DNA of 63,680 bases, filler included, from Collodictyon triciliatum (taxonomy: Eukaryota), in assembly GCA_043381765.1 (NCBI GenBank). It is 5 parts of 5 records of this genome, joined end to end, with 100 filler letters (N's around TTAATTAATTAA, not from the genome) between each part and the next. Parts side by side here need not be neighbours in the genome. Positions count along the whole stretch, not along the records: positions 1 to 15,747 come from JBHJMP010001636.1; 4 more parts are not named here. One strand, written 5' to 3'. The translations under genes and the position numbers were made by a program. Position 1 is the stretch's first letter, and the number at the start of each line of letters is the position of its first letter. Below are positions 1 to 15,847 of the stretch, piece by piece. The notes beneath the pieces were generated by a model. That model saw nothing but the letters and a program-made list of their open reading frames with translations, did not search any database and was not told the origin of the DNA.

Positions 1-1222
1 TTTGTTTTTTTTTTGTTTTTGTTATTTTGTTATTTTGTTATTTTGTTATTTTGGTTTATCTTTTCGCAATTTCTTCTATAAATATCCCTTATCTTAACAG
101 ACGCCAGAATCTTTTTCTTTCATAATAGAAAACTCATGAGCAGTGGTGATTTTGTTGCCGAAATGAGTTTTTGATTGAAGGTGGGTTGCCTGTAGGGTGA
201 AGTTGGCGATGGAGAAATATAGTCTCAAACAAAATAATAGAAGAAAAAAACAGATGAAGGAGACTGTGTATTTGATAATCGGATTGCATAGATTGCTTCC
301 GAATGGGCGCTCCTGATGCGCTCTCGCTAATCACGCTCCTAGCAACAAATGTGAATCCCAATCGGCTTCGGGTTGACTTTTGTTTGCATGTCTGCCACCA
401 GCGAAGAAGGCATACATCCCAAGATTTTCCCATTTCATGTTCTTTTTTTTTCCGAGGGTTAAGTACTCATCACTCCTCCACAAACATTCACGGAAAATGG
501 AGCAAACTTAATTGGAAAATTTTATCGAATAATTACGCCCGCAAGAATTGATAGCCAAAGTACCGTGGATCGAATCAAACAAAGGGAATAGACCAGCAGC
601 CGACGTTAATAAGAACAAACCAGGAAGCAAAGGCGTGGAATATATATAAAAATTTTTTTTGTTGATTTAACGCTATTTGATTGTTGACACATAGCCTCCC
701 AGCTGCATTGCAAAGCACATCGCAGCGAGGCCAACATGGGAATTAACAGGCATCTCCGCTTGCTAATCGAGGGGTATGAGAAATCCAAAGAATAGGGTTG
801 TGTCATGACTTGGTTTTGTGTGCGGATGGTGTATTGAATTTTGGGCGCACCCAAACAGCTGCCCAGAACTGCGTTGAATGTGATACTCTCATTTTAAAAA
901 TATACAATTTTAGCACTATTTTGTATCCAAAAGCAAGTCACATTATACACCTATTATGCGCCAATCGAATGCATAACCATGAAATCATATCCGGTGACTT
1001 TGTATGTCCTCTTTTCAGCCCAGCGTATTTTTTCGCTCCCCTTTTTTTTTTTTAAAAAAAAAAATTAGATTTACTTTCTTTCTGACTTCTAACACGATAC
1101 CGAATACACTTGGTGTACAGGTGTGTGCATCCAATCATTTTATTTTTTATGTACGATTTCATAAGCTTCAAGGTATTAACTCTTCTGCGCCATTATATTT
1201 TCTTCAGTAATAATTATTATAT

Positions 1223-1322
<100 letters not shown>

Positions 1323-3804
1323 TCTTCACTTAGCATATTTTTCATTATCTATACATTGATTGACCTTCTATGAAATAGCATATCAATATCAATAAATTCT
1401 TATGCAACCTCCAAATAAGACATGCAAAGTACCGAGTTGACATGTTTCATCTATTAAAATATTACCAATTGATTGAGTTCGACTTTGTCGTCGGAAAGCG
1501 TATCAATGAAACTGCTGCATTATGTCATGCTACAACACATTTCAATCTTAATCTGCAGCCTCATATCCACAGAATGATATTCTCATAAATCTCATTTGGA
1601 ATAAAGTGGCATCTTTTGCAAAAAATGAGCCGAGAGATTAAATTTTATGTATATATATATATATAAAGGAGTTCTGCTCTGCCATGCATTGGAAATAAAG
1701 GCAGTTTTTTCGTCGGATAATTAAAAGGGAAGAGAAAAATATGCGACAAACAAAGTTCGCTTTGGTATCAATGCCCCTCGTGCAAAAAGCTACGACAAAG
1801 GGGGAAATGAGCGTTAAAATTATTCTAAGAGAAGCCAGGGAACCTTTGGATGCAATATTCACCTGTTTTACCTATCAAGAGCGCGCCTCAGACACTGTAA
1901 TAATCACTCATGCAACTATGGTCAGTGGAGTGTAGATTTTATGTATCTATAATATCCTACTATTCAATGTTGTTGGGTATTCCTGGGGCATATACCTCAT
2001 TCACTGGGTTTGTTCAACTAAGCTTACTTACATTACCTATCTTCGTGTGCAGACAGAAATCACAATCATCTCCGCCATCCTATGCAAACTGCTTGAATCG
2101 CAGCAGCTTCCTTTATTAATCTGTGACCTCTGACTCTGTTTATTTGACATCTTTGCGGCGACATAAAGTCCCGATAAACCCAGACAACAAATACCAATGA
2201 AGGGCGCCTCATTATCTAACCCTCACCCTACTATTAGTATGATTTTCGATTCATCTACCTAGTATTATATTGATTTTAATAATAAAATAATTGTAATTGA
2301 ATGGATTCCACATTTAATACTTTAATAAGGTATGTATACATAGTTATCTTCTGATCCATATTAGGAAACTGCAAAACGGCCCCAAACGAGATTTTCCTTC
2401 TGTGTGCGATTGTTTCCCAAAGATCAATCAGCGGGGATCCAACAAGCTTCGGGAAACTTATGTCGGCCATGGTCGTACTGGCAGCTGATGAAAGGCTCCT
2501 GCCTAAAACTCGCGACAGAATTAAAAAAAAAAAAAAGAATAATAATAAAGAGTAAAAATACTTCGGTCCCAAACAACTGCATGAAATCTGTCTGCATGGC
2601 CAGTTACCGTCAATCTATGTGAAATGCTTAAAGAAGTTTCTGTGGAAACCTTTTCAACCCAGGAGTAAACGAAAGGGATGACAACCTCACACAGCGAGTT
2701 CTGGCGACAAAGAGTGTACCACGAAGAAAGGTTCGCGCATATAGCAGGATTTATTATCTATATATAATATAATTAACGTGATATCGCATAGGGACATGAT
2801 CAACTTTATCGACCGTGTAAACAGTGGGCAGATTCGCCCACACGCGGGTTCGATCGTGCCAGGGCGGCGCTGTACACCGACCAGACTGCCTCCGATTCAC
2901 TCTGAATCCCCTACAAAAATGAGGTATGTTTTTCTTCCCCCAGGCAGTAGGCAACTTGTGTTATCAAGCTGCATCTTCAAAGGCACTTTATGCTATAAGA
3001 GAATATCTCCTTTTCCTACTTTCTTTTTTTCCCCTCTTATTACTTGTTGTGAATAACTCAATATATTATGTATAGATCAAGCTCTGCTGCAAAAGTCCGA
3101 TTGCCCCTGCTAACTAGCTCGGTGGGTCCAGTATTTTTCATTCTGTCAATATATATATATGTTTTCCATTTAATCATGCAGACATGTCATCTTGCCTTCT
3201 TGAAGTGGAATGAATACTTAATGCCGGAAAAATACTTTGATAACACAGCAAGAAATTGGGCGGGGAATATATGAGCAAATGAGATCTTCTAGTGGCACTG
3301 GATACTGAGCTTATGCTTTCGTTAGCATGCGTTTGATGCTACCGCTCGGCGCTGAGAATGATTTTGTGGGTCATCATACGGCGGCCGATTTCGCATTCTA
3401 TCCAGCACAGCACAATATGAACCTCCTTGCAAATGAATAGTATTTTTTTTCCCTCTCTGTTCATTCTATTCACCTTTCTCCACGTCTACCCCATTGAGCT
3501 CTATCCCAGAGTGATTATCCTTCTCATAAAGACTTTCCAATAAGATATTGAAAAATATTTGTTTAAAGGATACTTACCGATACTAACATCACCATTATAC
3601 TTATTATTGTTATTATAATTATTATTGTTATTGTTATTTTTACAATAGAGCGATTTTGAAATGTGATGCAGCTATATAATAATGTAGTGAGAATAGGGTT
3701 ATTATTGTTGATGTTATTTCAATTTGTATATCTATTTACTTTGTTTTCTCACTTTTTTTTTCCATTTAACAAGAAACGAAAATCTGCCCAGCCCCTCAGT
3801 AACT

Positions 3805-5462
<1,658 letters not shown>

Positions 5463-5807
5463 CGAGGCGGCTTGACTCTGTCTGAAAGTTTGTTTTTTTT
5501 TTGTATTTTATTTATTTAGCTTGTTTCTTGAGATTGATTCATAATCATATCGCACATACAATTTGATGGCAGGGGGCTTTGTTTCATTTCATCATTTTTT
5601 TATTATTATTTTTTAATTGGATCGATGAACAAAAAGGAAAAAGGTGACTGTATTTGAGGTAATGGGCAGAAAAAAATATGGGATGGTAGAATGCGATTAT
5701 CTCAGATAATGATGACGAGAATGGTGATGGTGATAGCAACGAGTGGGTATGAGGGGTAGGTGACAGTGGCCAAGCTAAACGAAGGACAACGAATAATTAG
5801 GAACGAT

Positions 5808-7222
5808 TTATATCTTGAACTTGGAGGTGGACGAGTAACTCTTGCCAAGGGCTGCGCAGTCAGAATGAGCTAATGGAGCAATATGTAAGCAAGAAATCGA
5901 GAAGGAACTAAAAATGTGACATGAAGAAGCACAGAGCAGAGGTAGCTTTTCTTTCTTTTTGGAGGAAGGTTAATGAATGTAATCAATCATTTGTGGGATT
6001 AGGTGGTGCATCACTAAGCAAGGCTTGCATTGAAAGATGAGCTCGACGTTCACAGGGAGTTGACATAATTCTCTAATGGATTTGCTGTACGAAAGGCGAA
6101 AGAAATCAATACTCGTATGTGAGATAGATTAAGGAGCTGATGGGCAATAGTCATGGGACTAATTGATATGCTGAGCTCTACTATCAACAACTCTGAATGC
6201 GTATGCGTATGTGGATGAATACCCAATAGCGAGAACGATTTCAGGAGACTGGGATTCTTTTATCCAGATCGATACTTTGCAGGGACCAAGTCGAGAGCTC
6301 ACCGTACATCCGCAGATCTGGTCTTGGAAAGGCATCGATTCTCCTGCGCACGCAGCCGTCTATCGATGATGAAGAGAATTAGAATGTGGTAAAAATTGGT
6401 ATGTTGTTCAAAAATCAAGTGCGATGAAATCCCTTCTTATATTATTATATTTGGTGTGGTATCTAAACATTTGCTATTTCAAATAAATGAACAAGGACAT
6501 AGAAAACCATTTTGTTATCAGGACAAGGTTGTTATTACGATGTTAATCCACGCATTATCCAGTCCTTCTGGAGGCCGACGATCGAGCTCAAATACCCACT
6601 TGCCTCCATTTGCATTTGCCTACTCAGCAATAATTGTTATTATTTCTTTTATGATGTGCCCACACAGGTGGGAAAGAGCTAGACAATTGTTCAGAATACT
6701 GAGGCCTATGAACCGAAGAAAAAAAGTAAAAGGGAAAAAACCTTATCCTCCCAGTCTGGGAAGATGCCGTCTCTGAAAAAGAAGTAATTGCAAAAGTTTG
6801 GTAAGGAACTGGGGGTATGTGCATGATTAAACAGAGTCCAGAACTGGTCCAACTAAAATAATGAAAAGTGTTTATGGATAGTTGAAAATATATTACCAAG
6901 AAACAGAATTAAATACTTTCACTTCGCAGATTTATTTTTTTTATTACAAACACATGATAGGGAAAAAATATTACAAAAGAATACAGAACAGTAAAAGTAT
7001 GAGACGGGTAACTATATAGGCAAGGAAACAACACCATGTACAAATACAATATTCCAGACTGTGTGGGAGAGTTTAAGGCCGTCGACTTACTGATTCGATT
7101 AATGCTACACGCTTTAGATTTTCTTTCCAGTTTTGTGTGTTACTTTTCGACCCAGGCTTATCGAACCATAAGATCCAAGCAGAGTCCAAAGGATATTCAA
7201 AGGCAGCTGTCGGGTTGCTCAT
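5808..7222 (-). CDS. eIF4E: Translation initiation factor 4E (cap-binding) family protein, at least 6 exons
   Basis: Not in the ORF track. Exons 7091-7222, 6742-6852, 6539-6619, 6223-6359, 6029-6084 and 5808-5869 give YPLDSAWILWFD..NWKENL..SLDQFWTLFNH..FRDGIFPDWEDKANANGGKW..AWINI..GE..ICGCTVSSRLGPCKVSIW..QSHSD..KFKI*, which is the eIF4E Trp pattern. A possible extra upstream exon 7319-7495 could splice to an acceptor at 7253. The last intron is GC-AG. Confidence 0.92.
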
Positions 7223-8581
7223 AGACGTTCGGGGATCGAGTTCGTCGAGAGGCTAGGAACTATGACAAGTCGAGAAAGAACAATGAACGGGTGTTTGTTT
7301 GCTTTTGTTTTCGGTTACTTGTGCTACAGCAAAACAAGGGTGAACAAGGTCAAAACATGGCGCGCTGATTACAGCAGGACTAGGGGGCCCAGAAGTGGTT
7401 TCTTTTTCGATCGACGAGTTCATCGACGACTCATCAAGGCGAGGTATATGAGAAAATGGTATTGGTGGCCGGTAAATATGACAACCCAGCTCCATGATTG
7501 TTTGCTCGTCCTTCGAGAACTCTGTTACACGAATTGGATGCTAATGACAGCCTCTGAGGTGGGTTGCAGGCCTCTGCTTGTATGCTTTCGCAGTGAGGTT
7601 CGAAGGTGGCGCGCAGTTGATTGATGCGTGATCAAAATAAGAGGTTTCCAAATGACCTTTTGTTCCACATTTGTCTGTGGTCTAGCATATTGTGGAATTG
7701 GATTGAAATGAATGAATTGCGCTATTTATGGATAATATGCGTTGATTGAGGGCCGACGACTCATCTCACGCGGGCTGCCTTCTTCCCCATCCTTGTCGCC
7801 GGGAATCGGGAAATTCGATTGGAGGGCGAATGAATTACACGTTTCAAGCGTTTGCCGCTACGGCGGTCGTAAGGAATGCACCCGGAGAACAGACAGCACG
7901 GCGTGGTTTGATTTGTTTTAATTTTCTTCATTGTGAATTGTGGCAAGAAAAAGAGAAAACGGGGGAAGGAAAAGAGATAAGGAAAAACAGAGACAAAGAT
8001 ATCTGTAGTCCGAATCGCACATATTTTCAAATATGCGAGGGTGAGTGAAACAAAAGGCGCATTTGGAAGGAAGGGAAAATTTGATTTTGGGTGTTGCAAG
8101 GATAATTGTAATGCGAGGTTCAAAGTAAAAAAAAAAAGTGGCAGTGTCTGAATGTTGTTCCTGGTCGACCTGGTTGATGTCCACCAACTGAACAGAACAG
8201 AAGCGCATATGTGGAATGGTTTCGGTGAGTTGGACGTAGGCAACAGAGTGTGATAGGCAGACTGGTGGGCATTGCTTCCCCAAGATGCTCTTTGGCTTCG
8301 CCATGGAATACAACGGATGGGGCTTGGGCTTGGGCTTGGGCTCGGGCTTATGCGTTACAGGAATCTGCTCTTTTTGATTTGAGGGTAACAGAGTGTGGTG
8401 GTGTGTGCAGAATGACAACAAACAAGAAAAAGACGTGCAAGATGAGCAAAGGTGGAGCGAACGAGTAGATATAAAAATCAATCGAACAAAAAAGAAAAAA
8501 AGAAGAAAAAAAAGGGAATAGTAGGAATAGGAGGAAGGGGGTATGAAGGGGGAAGACATGAAAGGAAAATGGAGTTTTGTT

Positions 8582-10505
8582 TTAGTTTTTCAGATTGGCT
8601 AGAAACTGGTAATAGACAAAACTGCCGGGGAGATTACGCTCTTGAGATGTATTTGCAGACTTTTTTGACTTCTTTTCTTGTGTGGCAGGAGTGGCAGTGG
8701 CATCAGCCTCAGGAGCAGGGATTTCGGGCACAGACTCCTCGACGGCAGCAGTTTCGGCAGCAACAACAACAGCAACAGCAGTGGTAGTAGAATCCACAAC
8801 AGCCTCCACAACGGGCTCTTCGACAGCAGCAGATTCCACAACAGGCTCTTCAGCAGTGGGAGCAGCGGCAACGACAGCAGATTCCAAAACGGACTCTTCG
8901 ACGACAGCAGATTCCACGGCGGGTGTCTCTGCAACAACCTCGACAGCGACAGTCTCAGCAACAGGAGCAGCGATAGGCTCGACGGCAGGCTCTTGGACAG
9001 GCTCTTGGACAGCGACCGTCTCAACAACAGGCTCTTGGACAGCGACCGTCTCAACAACAGGCTCTTGGACAGCAGCTCCGTCGGCGTCTGTGTGGTCAAC
9101 CACGACAAAGTCCTCGGACTCCACCTCGGGCTCCGGCTGCTCAGGGACGGCAGGCTCCTCCACAGGCGGTGGGGCGGGCGCAGCCACCGGGGCGGGCACA
9201 GCACCTGCAGGGGGGAGAGAGCAGGGATTAGGACGAGCGGTGGGTACCCATGGACTGGCACAGAGGAGAGGAGCAGAGGAGAGGAGAGGAGAGGAGAGGA
9301 GAGGAGAGGAGGGGAGGGGAGGGGAGGTACCGTGTCGAGGGTAGTTCTTCGGGGTCAGGTACTCCTTCTGAGGCTTGACGCGGGCCAGCGCAATGTCGGG
9401 GAAGTCTACCGGGACGGCAGCAGCAGCGGCAGCGGCGGGTGTGGCAGCGGTCTTCCACGTCAGCTGCGAGACCTCGAAGTTGCGGGCCACGGTGCGGGTG
9501 ACGGGGACGACGGAGGGGGCGGCCTTTGGGGGGACGATGGCTGAGAGCGGCTTCGGCACGTATGGCGCCTCGTCTGTGCTTGTGGCTGTGGCTGTGGCTG
9601 TGGCTGTGGCGCTGTCTGCAGTGCGGCGGGGGCGGGGGCGGGGGGCGTCGGTTTGGCGGGGGCGGATGCGGGGGCGGGGTGGGACGCCGCTTGTGGCAGC
9701 AGAGGCAGAGGCAGAGGCAGAGGCAGAGGCGGGGACCCTCGGGCGGCCGCGGTCTCTGCGCTCGGCAGCGGGGGCGGGGGTGTCTGCGTCAGCCTCGACG
9801 CCGTCGTCTGCGTCAGCCTCGGTGTCGCTCTTCTTGCTCTTGCGCTTGCCGGCCTTGGTCATCCAGCCGCTCTGGTCGTCCACCTTGTGGAAGGCGTCGT
9901 CGTAGTTGTCGATGTCTGCTGCGGCGCTCGCAGGGGCGGCAGCGGCGGTGGCAGTGGAGGAGGTGGAGGCTTTGCCCTTCTTGCTGCTGCCCTTCTTGGC
10001 GACTGTCTCGGCCGCCGGGGCGGGCTTCTCTGCCTTCTTGGGCTCTGCGGCGGGCTCAGGCTTCTTTTCGGCCTTCTTTGGTTGCGCGGGAGCTGGTGCG
10101 GCGGGCTCAGGCTTCTTTTCTTGGGCGGGTTCAGGCTTCTTCTCTGCCTTTTTTGGTTGCGCGGGAGCTGGTGCGGGAGGCTCAGGCTTCTTCTCTGCCT
10201 TTTTAGGTTGAGCTGGAGTTGGAGCTGGAGCTGCAGAGGTGGCGGGCTCGGGCTTTTTCTCTGCCTTTTTAGGTTGAGCTGGAGCTGGAGCTGCAGAGGT
10301 GGCGGGCTCGGGCTTCTTTTCTGTCTTTTTCGTTTGTGTTGGGGCGACTTCGGGCTTCTTTTCGGCGGGCTTCTTTGGTGCGGCAGGCTGGGCGGGTTTC
10401 TTTTGTGGCTGCGACTGTTTGGTAGGGGCAGTTGCAGGGGCCGGAGTGGGGGCAGGAGTGGGAGCGGGAGCGGCAGGAGTGCCTACGAGGCCGAAGATCT
10501 GTATG

Positions 10506-10536
<31 letters not shown>

Positions 10537-10676
10537 TGAGTGAGTGAGTGAGTGAGTGAGTGAGTGAGTGAGTGAGTGAGTGAGTGAGTGAGTGAGTGAG
10601 TGAGTGAGTGAGTGAGTGTTGAGCCCAAGGCAAAAGAGTGGGACAGGAGTTTACTCACGCGTCCGATGAAGTTCAT
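8582..10676 (-). CDS. Ala/Pro/Lys/Glu-rich intrinsically disordered repeat protein, 3 exons, about 602 aa
   Basis: Exons 10659-10676, 9331-10498 and 8582-9204 total 1809 nt in frame. Introns are GT-AG and filled with (TCAC)n and (CTCCT)n. Codon use is strongly GC-rich. Contains APAQPKKAEKKPEPA and VQEPVVETVA repeats. No globular domain recognised. Confidence 0.75.
10519..10618. repeat. (GAGT)n intronic microsatellite
   Basis: Direct reading. Confidence 0.95.
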
Positions 10677-12297
10677 GGAGAGGCGAGGGTGCGGAGTGGA
10701 TCGAGGCTTTCTGGGACGGGTCTGCGCAGATGAGGTTTAGTGGCTATTAGATTGGGGGTACTTTCTTGCTCCTTATCTCTTCTTCCCTCTCTTGATTTCT
10801 TCGTAGACTTTGTAGGTGTTTTTAGCTTTGCGTTTGCATTTGAATTACGGTAAGGAAGAAAGGGTAGGAAGTGGGGGAGTGTTGAAGTTTTAAGAGTAGA
10901 GTCTTAAGTGGCCCAACGCAGCGTTCTTGTCAATTCAGGTGTTTTTTTTTTGTTTGTTTCTTTTTCTTCTTGGATCTCAGAGGCGTGAAAGTGGTATGAG
11001 TATGGATGTGGGCGTGGGTTGTCCGACCGGTGAGGGCGGGTATGCTTCTATGACGGGTTTTCCTCCCTTGTTTTTCCTTGATCTTAAGCATTATTATTAT
11101 TATTATCATTATTGAGGGGGTTGGGGCAGTGGTCTAGGTAGTGCTTGGAACAGTCTCCACACGCTCGAGAGGGTGTCGGTTATGCCAGGTTATTTGAGTA
11201 AAGGGAGACGAGAGTGTCGAAGAATCCTCAGCAACATCATTTGCAGGTCTTGTTCGTTGGAGTTCAAGCACTGCCACTGCAACCAACATGCTTACACCGT
11301 TGAATGTGCTGCAAGGCTTTCGGCTTGGGGGCAAAGGCAGATTGAAGGAAAGAGGAACGGGCTCGCTCGACAAGCTGAGAGAGGCAAGAAGAAAGGGTAG
11401 AAGCAAGAGGCACAGGTTAGGCAGACTTGGCATCTGGTGACGTTATATTTTCTGCTTCGGATTGGATTCTCGTCCAAGTATCGATCACTGTTTGGGCTTT
11501 GGAGGCACAAGATTGGATCGGGGACGACGAAATCTCCAAAGATCCGAACTGTTTTGAAAGTGCGCGGGTTTGCACCATTGTTTTTGAATGTGATATTGTA
11601 TATCGCATGTCAATTCGCTTAATTGTTGCAAATTTACACACAACCATAATGAGGACACTTTTTTTTTGGGTGGCCTATACCCACCATGGTCTATCGAGTG
11701 TGCTCTCGCTTCGCTATATTCGGCTAATCCGTCTAATTCCACTGCTACTTCTGCTTACATATCGCTACTGAGCGCTTCATCAATAGCAGAGTCCAATTGG
11801 CCACACGTTCCAGAAGCGTATCTACATTCCACATATGTGTTATGTAAGGATTTTTCCAGAAATGTCAGCTTCAAGAATTGCTTCTGGAAAGGGCACAACG
11901 CCTCCGCTTCGCATCAACGCCTTGGCCGGTGTTCATTTCTCGCAACCCAACAAGACTGGAAAAAAAAAATAATCCATTTTTCATGGTATAGCGCTCTTTC
12001 TTTTCCAATGAAAATGAAAGGAAGTGTCTCATCTCCTTTTCAAAAATGTTAATATACGTTTTATTATCTTTTGATTTCTATTTGTTGTCTTACATCAGTC
12101 GGGCAAACTGACTTTATTTTCTGATGTGATTCTGATATAATCCTGGTAAATCTGTATTTAAACCATAAGCAAAAAGTAAATAAGCCTTCATATCTGTCGT
12201 TAAAAAAAAAAGGACTGTTTCACGAATAATATTTCTGTTTGTTATATGGTACTGAATTCGCTCGCTACACGACCGAAACACAAAGCAAGATTCTTAC

Positions 12298-13084
12298 GCT
12301 CGATGGCTGTGAATGGTCCTTGTCTATCTTGTAGTACACTTCCAGGTTGTCTGTTGAAGCAAAGTCAGGCATGGCTCCGTCGATAATCAACTTTTTGTTT
12401 ATAGAGAGAGCAATTTTCATCCTGTATCTTGAAAATCCTTCCATTCCGATGTGTTCTAGGTGTTATCAAAAAAAAATTAAAGAGTGCACTTCGGATGAGA
12501 GGGTGGCGAGTTTTTTTTCTTTCGGGTAGGAAGCAAATAGCATCGCTGTTCCGGCATAAATAGAATGGCCTGGGTCCAGGTGTCGAATGAAAATACTAGC
12601 AAAGGAAACTGCTTTATATGTGACTATTACCAGCTTTTATCTTTGGAAGTATGTTACGAGCTTGTGTCAGACCGCTGCTTGGTTCTGACTGAAGAACTTG
12701 AACATAGATGTCGGTGGCAGTGTGGTTCGATTTTCCATATTTTGTCTTTGGTACAATCAAGATTCTGCACGTCTTGGCCGGAAAATCATGTATAATTCGA
12801 TGCAAAAGCTTCGATAACAGCTGAATGAAATAAAAAAGTTGAAAAGGGCGGCTACGATGTAATGTTTACTAGGTAAAAGGTGGCTTTTATAGGGCTTTAT
12901 TCGTTTTTCTGTTAAAGTTATTTTTATTTTAATTATCATAGACTTTTATGAGCTTAGCTCACCCCGTGTGTTATCGAAAACATTTTATCAGCTATATGAG
13001 ATAAGCCAAATACGCATCGGTCGATCTCATCACTGTTGACAAACTCAAACCCAAATATCTCCCTAGATTTTGTCCTTTTTTAAA

Positions 13085-13175
<91 letters not shown>

Positions 13176-15700
13176 GTTTTCTTCTACTCCCATCTAAAAT
13201 TTAGGGTGAATATGTGAAAAAATATATCACTATTTCAAAATCGTATGATGTTTAATCAGATTTTAGGGGGTGTATTATATTCATGTAACCCTATTGATCA
13301 AGTTTTTTCCCTTAATTCATTCCCATACATAAAGATGAATATTACCTTGTGTTGTGATAGGCCACGAATACCCCAGCCATGCGACCCATTTTTATCTACC
13401 AAGTTTCATGATATAAATAGACCAACCGATTGACATATTCCGAGTCCATGAAAGAAAATGGAACGAATCAAAGTAAATTGTGGTTTCCTCTGGGAATTTA
13501 ACCTGGAAACTATGCCGCAAGAAAGTAGACCGAGCCATATCATAGAATTCGCTTTCGTAGGAATGCGAAAATCCTCTCAATTACGTAAGTTTATAGTTCC
13601 GGTAGGGCTCGTAGCTAGAGTGAATAAATTTCATGTCAGCAAACCAGGTATAAGTACATGCGGGAGAAGAAAAAAAGGAGATGCAATCTAATCTGCCAGT
13701 AGAAGTATTACTACTTTGAAAAAAAGGGCATGTGACATTTTTAAATTACTCTTATCTATTTTCCTCAGCCACTTCAGGCGATGCAATTGTATTTTATGCA
13801 TTGAGAGAATATTATCATAAGTCAAAGAGACCTCATAGCTATGAGAGTAAAGGGGAACATGCTAAGAAGGATAATGAAAGTATCATACTTATCCATATTA
13901 GGCCTTATTGCCTTCGTTGCCCTAGTTTTCAAATCAAATACTATTCTATTTGATGGAAGGTCAGGGTCATAGCAATCCAATTGGGACCGGAAAATTATGT
14001 CGCCGACCTTTTATTTATAAAAATGTAGTCATTCATATGAATCCACTGGGGGAAAATTATGCCTGGGTTCTCATGATGAAATTTAGAATGTGTTGATTTG
14101 AAGTAAACAAAAGAAGAAAATATATATGTACCCTCATGTAATGGAAGGCGTTATCGTACTCGATATTATTGCCAGGCCCACTCTCTTGTTCTTCGCCTCC
14201 AAAAGACTCTCGATTATTATGTTGGTTCGTTGTAAACATACTCTCCATTGACTTTCCCTTGAATCGAACCATTTGAAAAGAATTAAAATCTTTAAGTATA
14301 TCAAAATAAGTGACGAAAACTACATGAAAAATTACATACAACCAGCTACGACGATTAAAATAAGGGTAGATACTAAACTCATGAGTATTTGATTTTTTCC
14401 AGGAATAGGAAAGATATCAGAATCAATTGAATAAGTGTCGTTTTGATGGCGAAGTATGAATGGCCTTGGTCTGCACGATGTTCTTGTATGAGATTTTGGC
14501 TATTGGCGATCAAATAGATTTCATTATTGGTGTCTAGCAATTGATAGAGCTACAGGTATTCGCGTGTACCATTACACATGTAAATAGCAATTCGATGAAA
14601 ACCATGGATATCAAATGAGAGAAAAAAATTCAGGTGATTGACCCTAACTTCATCTTTGAATCTCTCGCTGAGACATGTTGTATTTACAGGCTTCATGCGG
14701 GACAGAGACAAGTAAATCTAATTTCATTTTTTTAAAAAAATAAAATCAGGACATTTCATTCTTACAATAGTAGGTAATTAGGGCGCGTATAATTTTATAG
14801 TGTAAAAGGAATATGTCAACTACTTGCGATAATACAGGAGATAGTGAAGAAGTTGACCCTTTGAATATACATTTGTTGGTTGTCGCTAGTTGATGAAGTA
14901 TCTATCGAGAACAAATGGATTTTTATGTGTGAGAAAAAAAACCTTATCCTTCATTTTGCTTAGAAAAGGGATGAGGAACAATTTCAAACTACTCAGCATA
15001 TATATGGTTCTTTTCCTTCTTTTTTTTCAGAGAAACTCACTGGGTCATAAACCGGTGGAATAAAACATGACCGAATCGGTGGAATAGGTGGTTGCTGAAT
15101 TTTGTGGGGAAAATTTTCAAATCGTATTCTGTTCGTAAATGGGTCACAGAGTGGATGAACTCCGCGGCTGAATAGAACTCTTCTCAGTTTTTCATTAAGC
15201 ATGGGTATGTTATCCAAATCTGGGCTATACAAATCTATTAATGAAGCAAACATGAGCTTTCATCCTTTCTTCGAGTCGCACAAGAATGCACAGAATGGCT
15301 GGGTGGTGCCCTATGAGTGATTTTCTGGGAGCGAAATATCCGTTCTTGTGCAGGAGAAACTCTCCTACACTTGAATGCGCGCATGTCTGCAAGATGTGCG
15401 GCTCTTGAGTGCCGGGAATAGGAATCCGGTTTTGTGCCGGCAACAAAAGTGGGTGGCAGTTTCAAGTAACCCTCTACGCCGCCCTCGCCTTGGAGGACCA
15501 TCTCTTGGGCACAAGCATTAAGTTTGCCCTTCTGCAGGGTAGCCACTCCAGTTTTCGAGCGCTGGAAAATACGCGGCAACTCATCTTTCTCTCGAGTGTA
15601 CACAAGAAATTAGAACAGGTTTACATCCTGCGTGTTTCGGGGTAAATTTTACCTTTGTGGTGGTGTCGGTATATATTCCAGAACTGGAAACAGGTATGGT
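12298..15700 (-). CDS. Probable multi-exon hypothetical gene (structure unresolved)
   Basis: Several open exon-like segments bounded by AG/GT, e.g. about 12298-12455 (HIGMEGFSRYRMKIALSINKKLIIDGAMPDF..), and ORFs at 13392-13580, 14057-14341 and 14993-15603. No family recognised. Confidence 0.3.
13090..13174. repeat. (AAT)n microsatellite
   Basis: Direct reading. Confidence 0.95.
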
Positions 15701-15747
15701 GACATAAGTTTTCGTCATCAATAAAATTGGAAAATATATTTTTTAAA

Positions 15748-15847
15748 NNNNNNNNNNNNNNNNNNNNNNNNNNNNNNNNNNNNNNNNNNNNTTAATTAAT
15801 TAANNNNNNNNNNNNNNNNNNNNNNNNNNNNNNNNNNNNNNNNNNNN
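15748..15847. other. Artificial contig linker
   Basis: N44-TTAATTAATTAA-N44, with stops in all six frames; identical at four places. Confidence 0.97.

Noticed and set aside
8990..9072. 30-nt direct repeats that could suggest a CRISPR-like array
   Set aside because: These are contiguous coding repeats (VQEPVVETVA) without spacers, in a eukaryotic gene.
8678..10531. Long + strand ORFs (288, 220, 226 and 292 aa)
   Set aside because: Antisense shadows of the GC-rich repetitive minus-strand gene.
11134..11433. 99-aa ORF with a signal-peptide-like start
   Set aside because: No other support; it overlaps equally unconvincing ORFs on both strands.
15748..15847. Palindromic TTAATTAATTAA repeated four times between N runs
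   Set aside because: An artificial six-frame-stop linker, not a biological element. Gene neighbourhoods across it were ignored.
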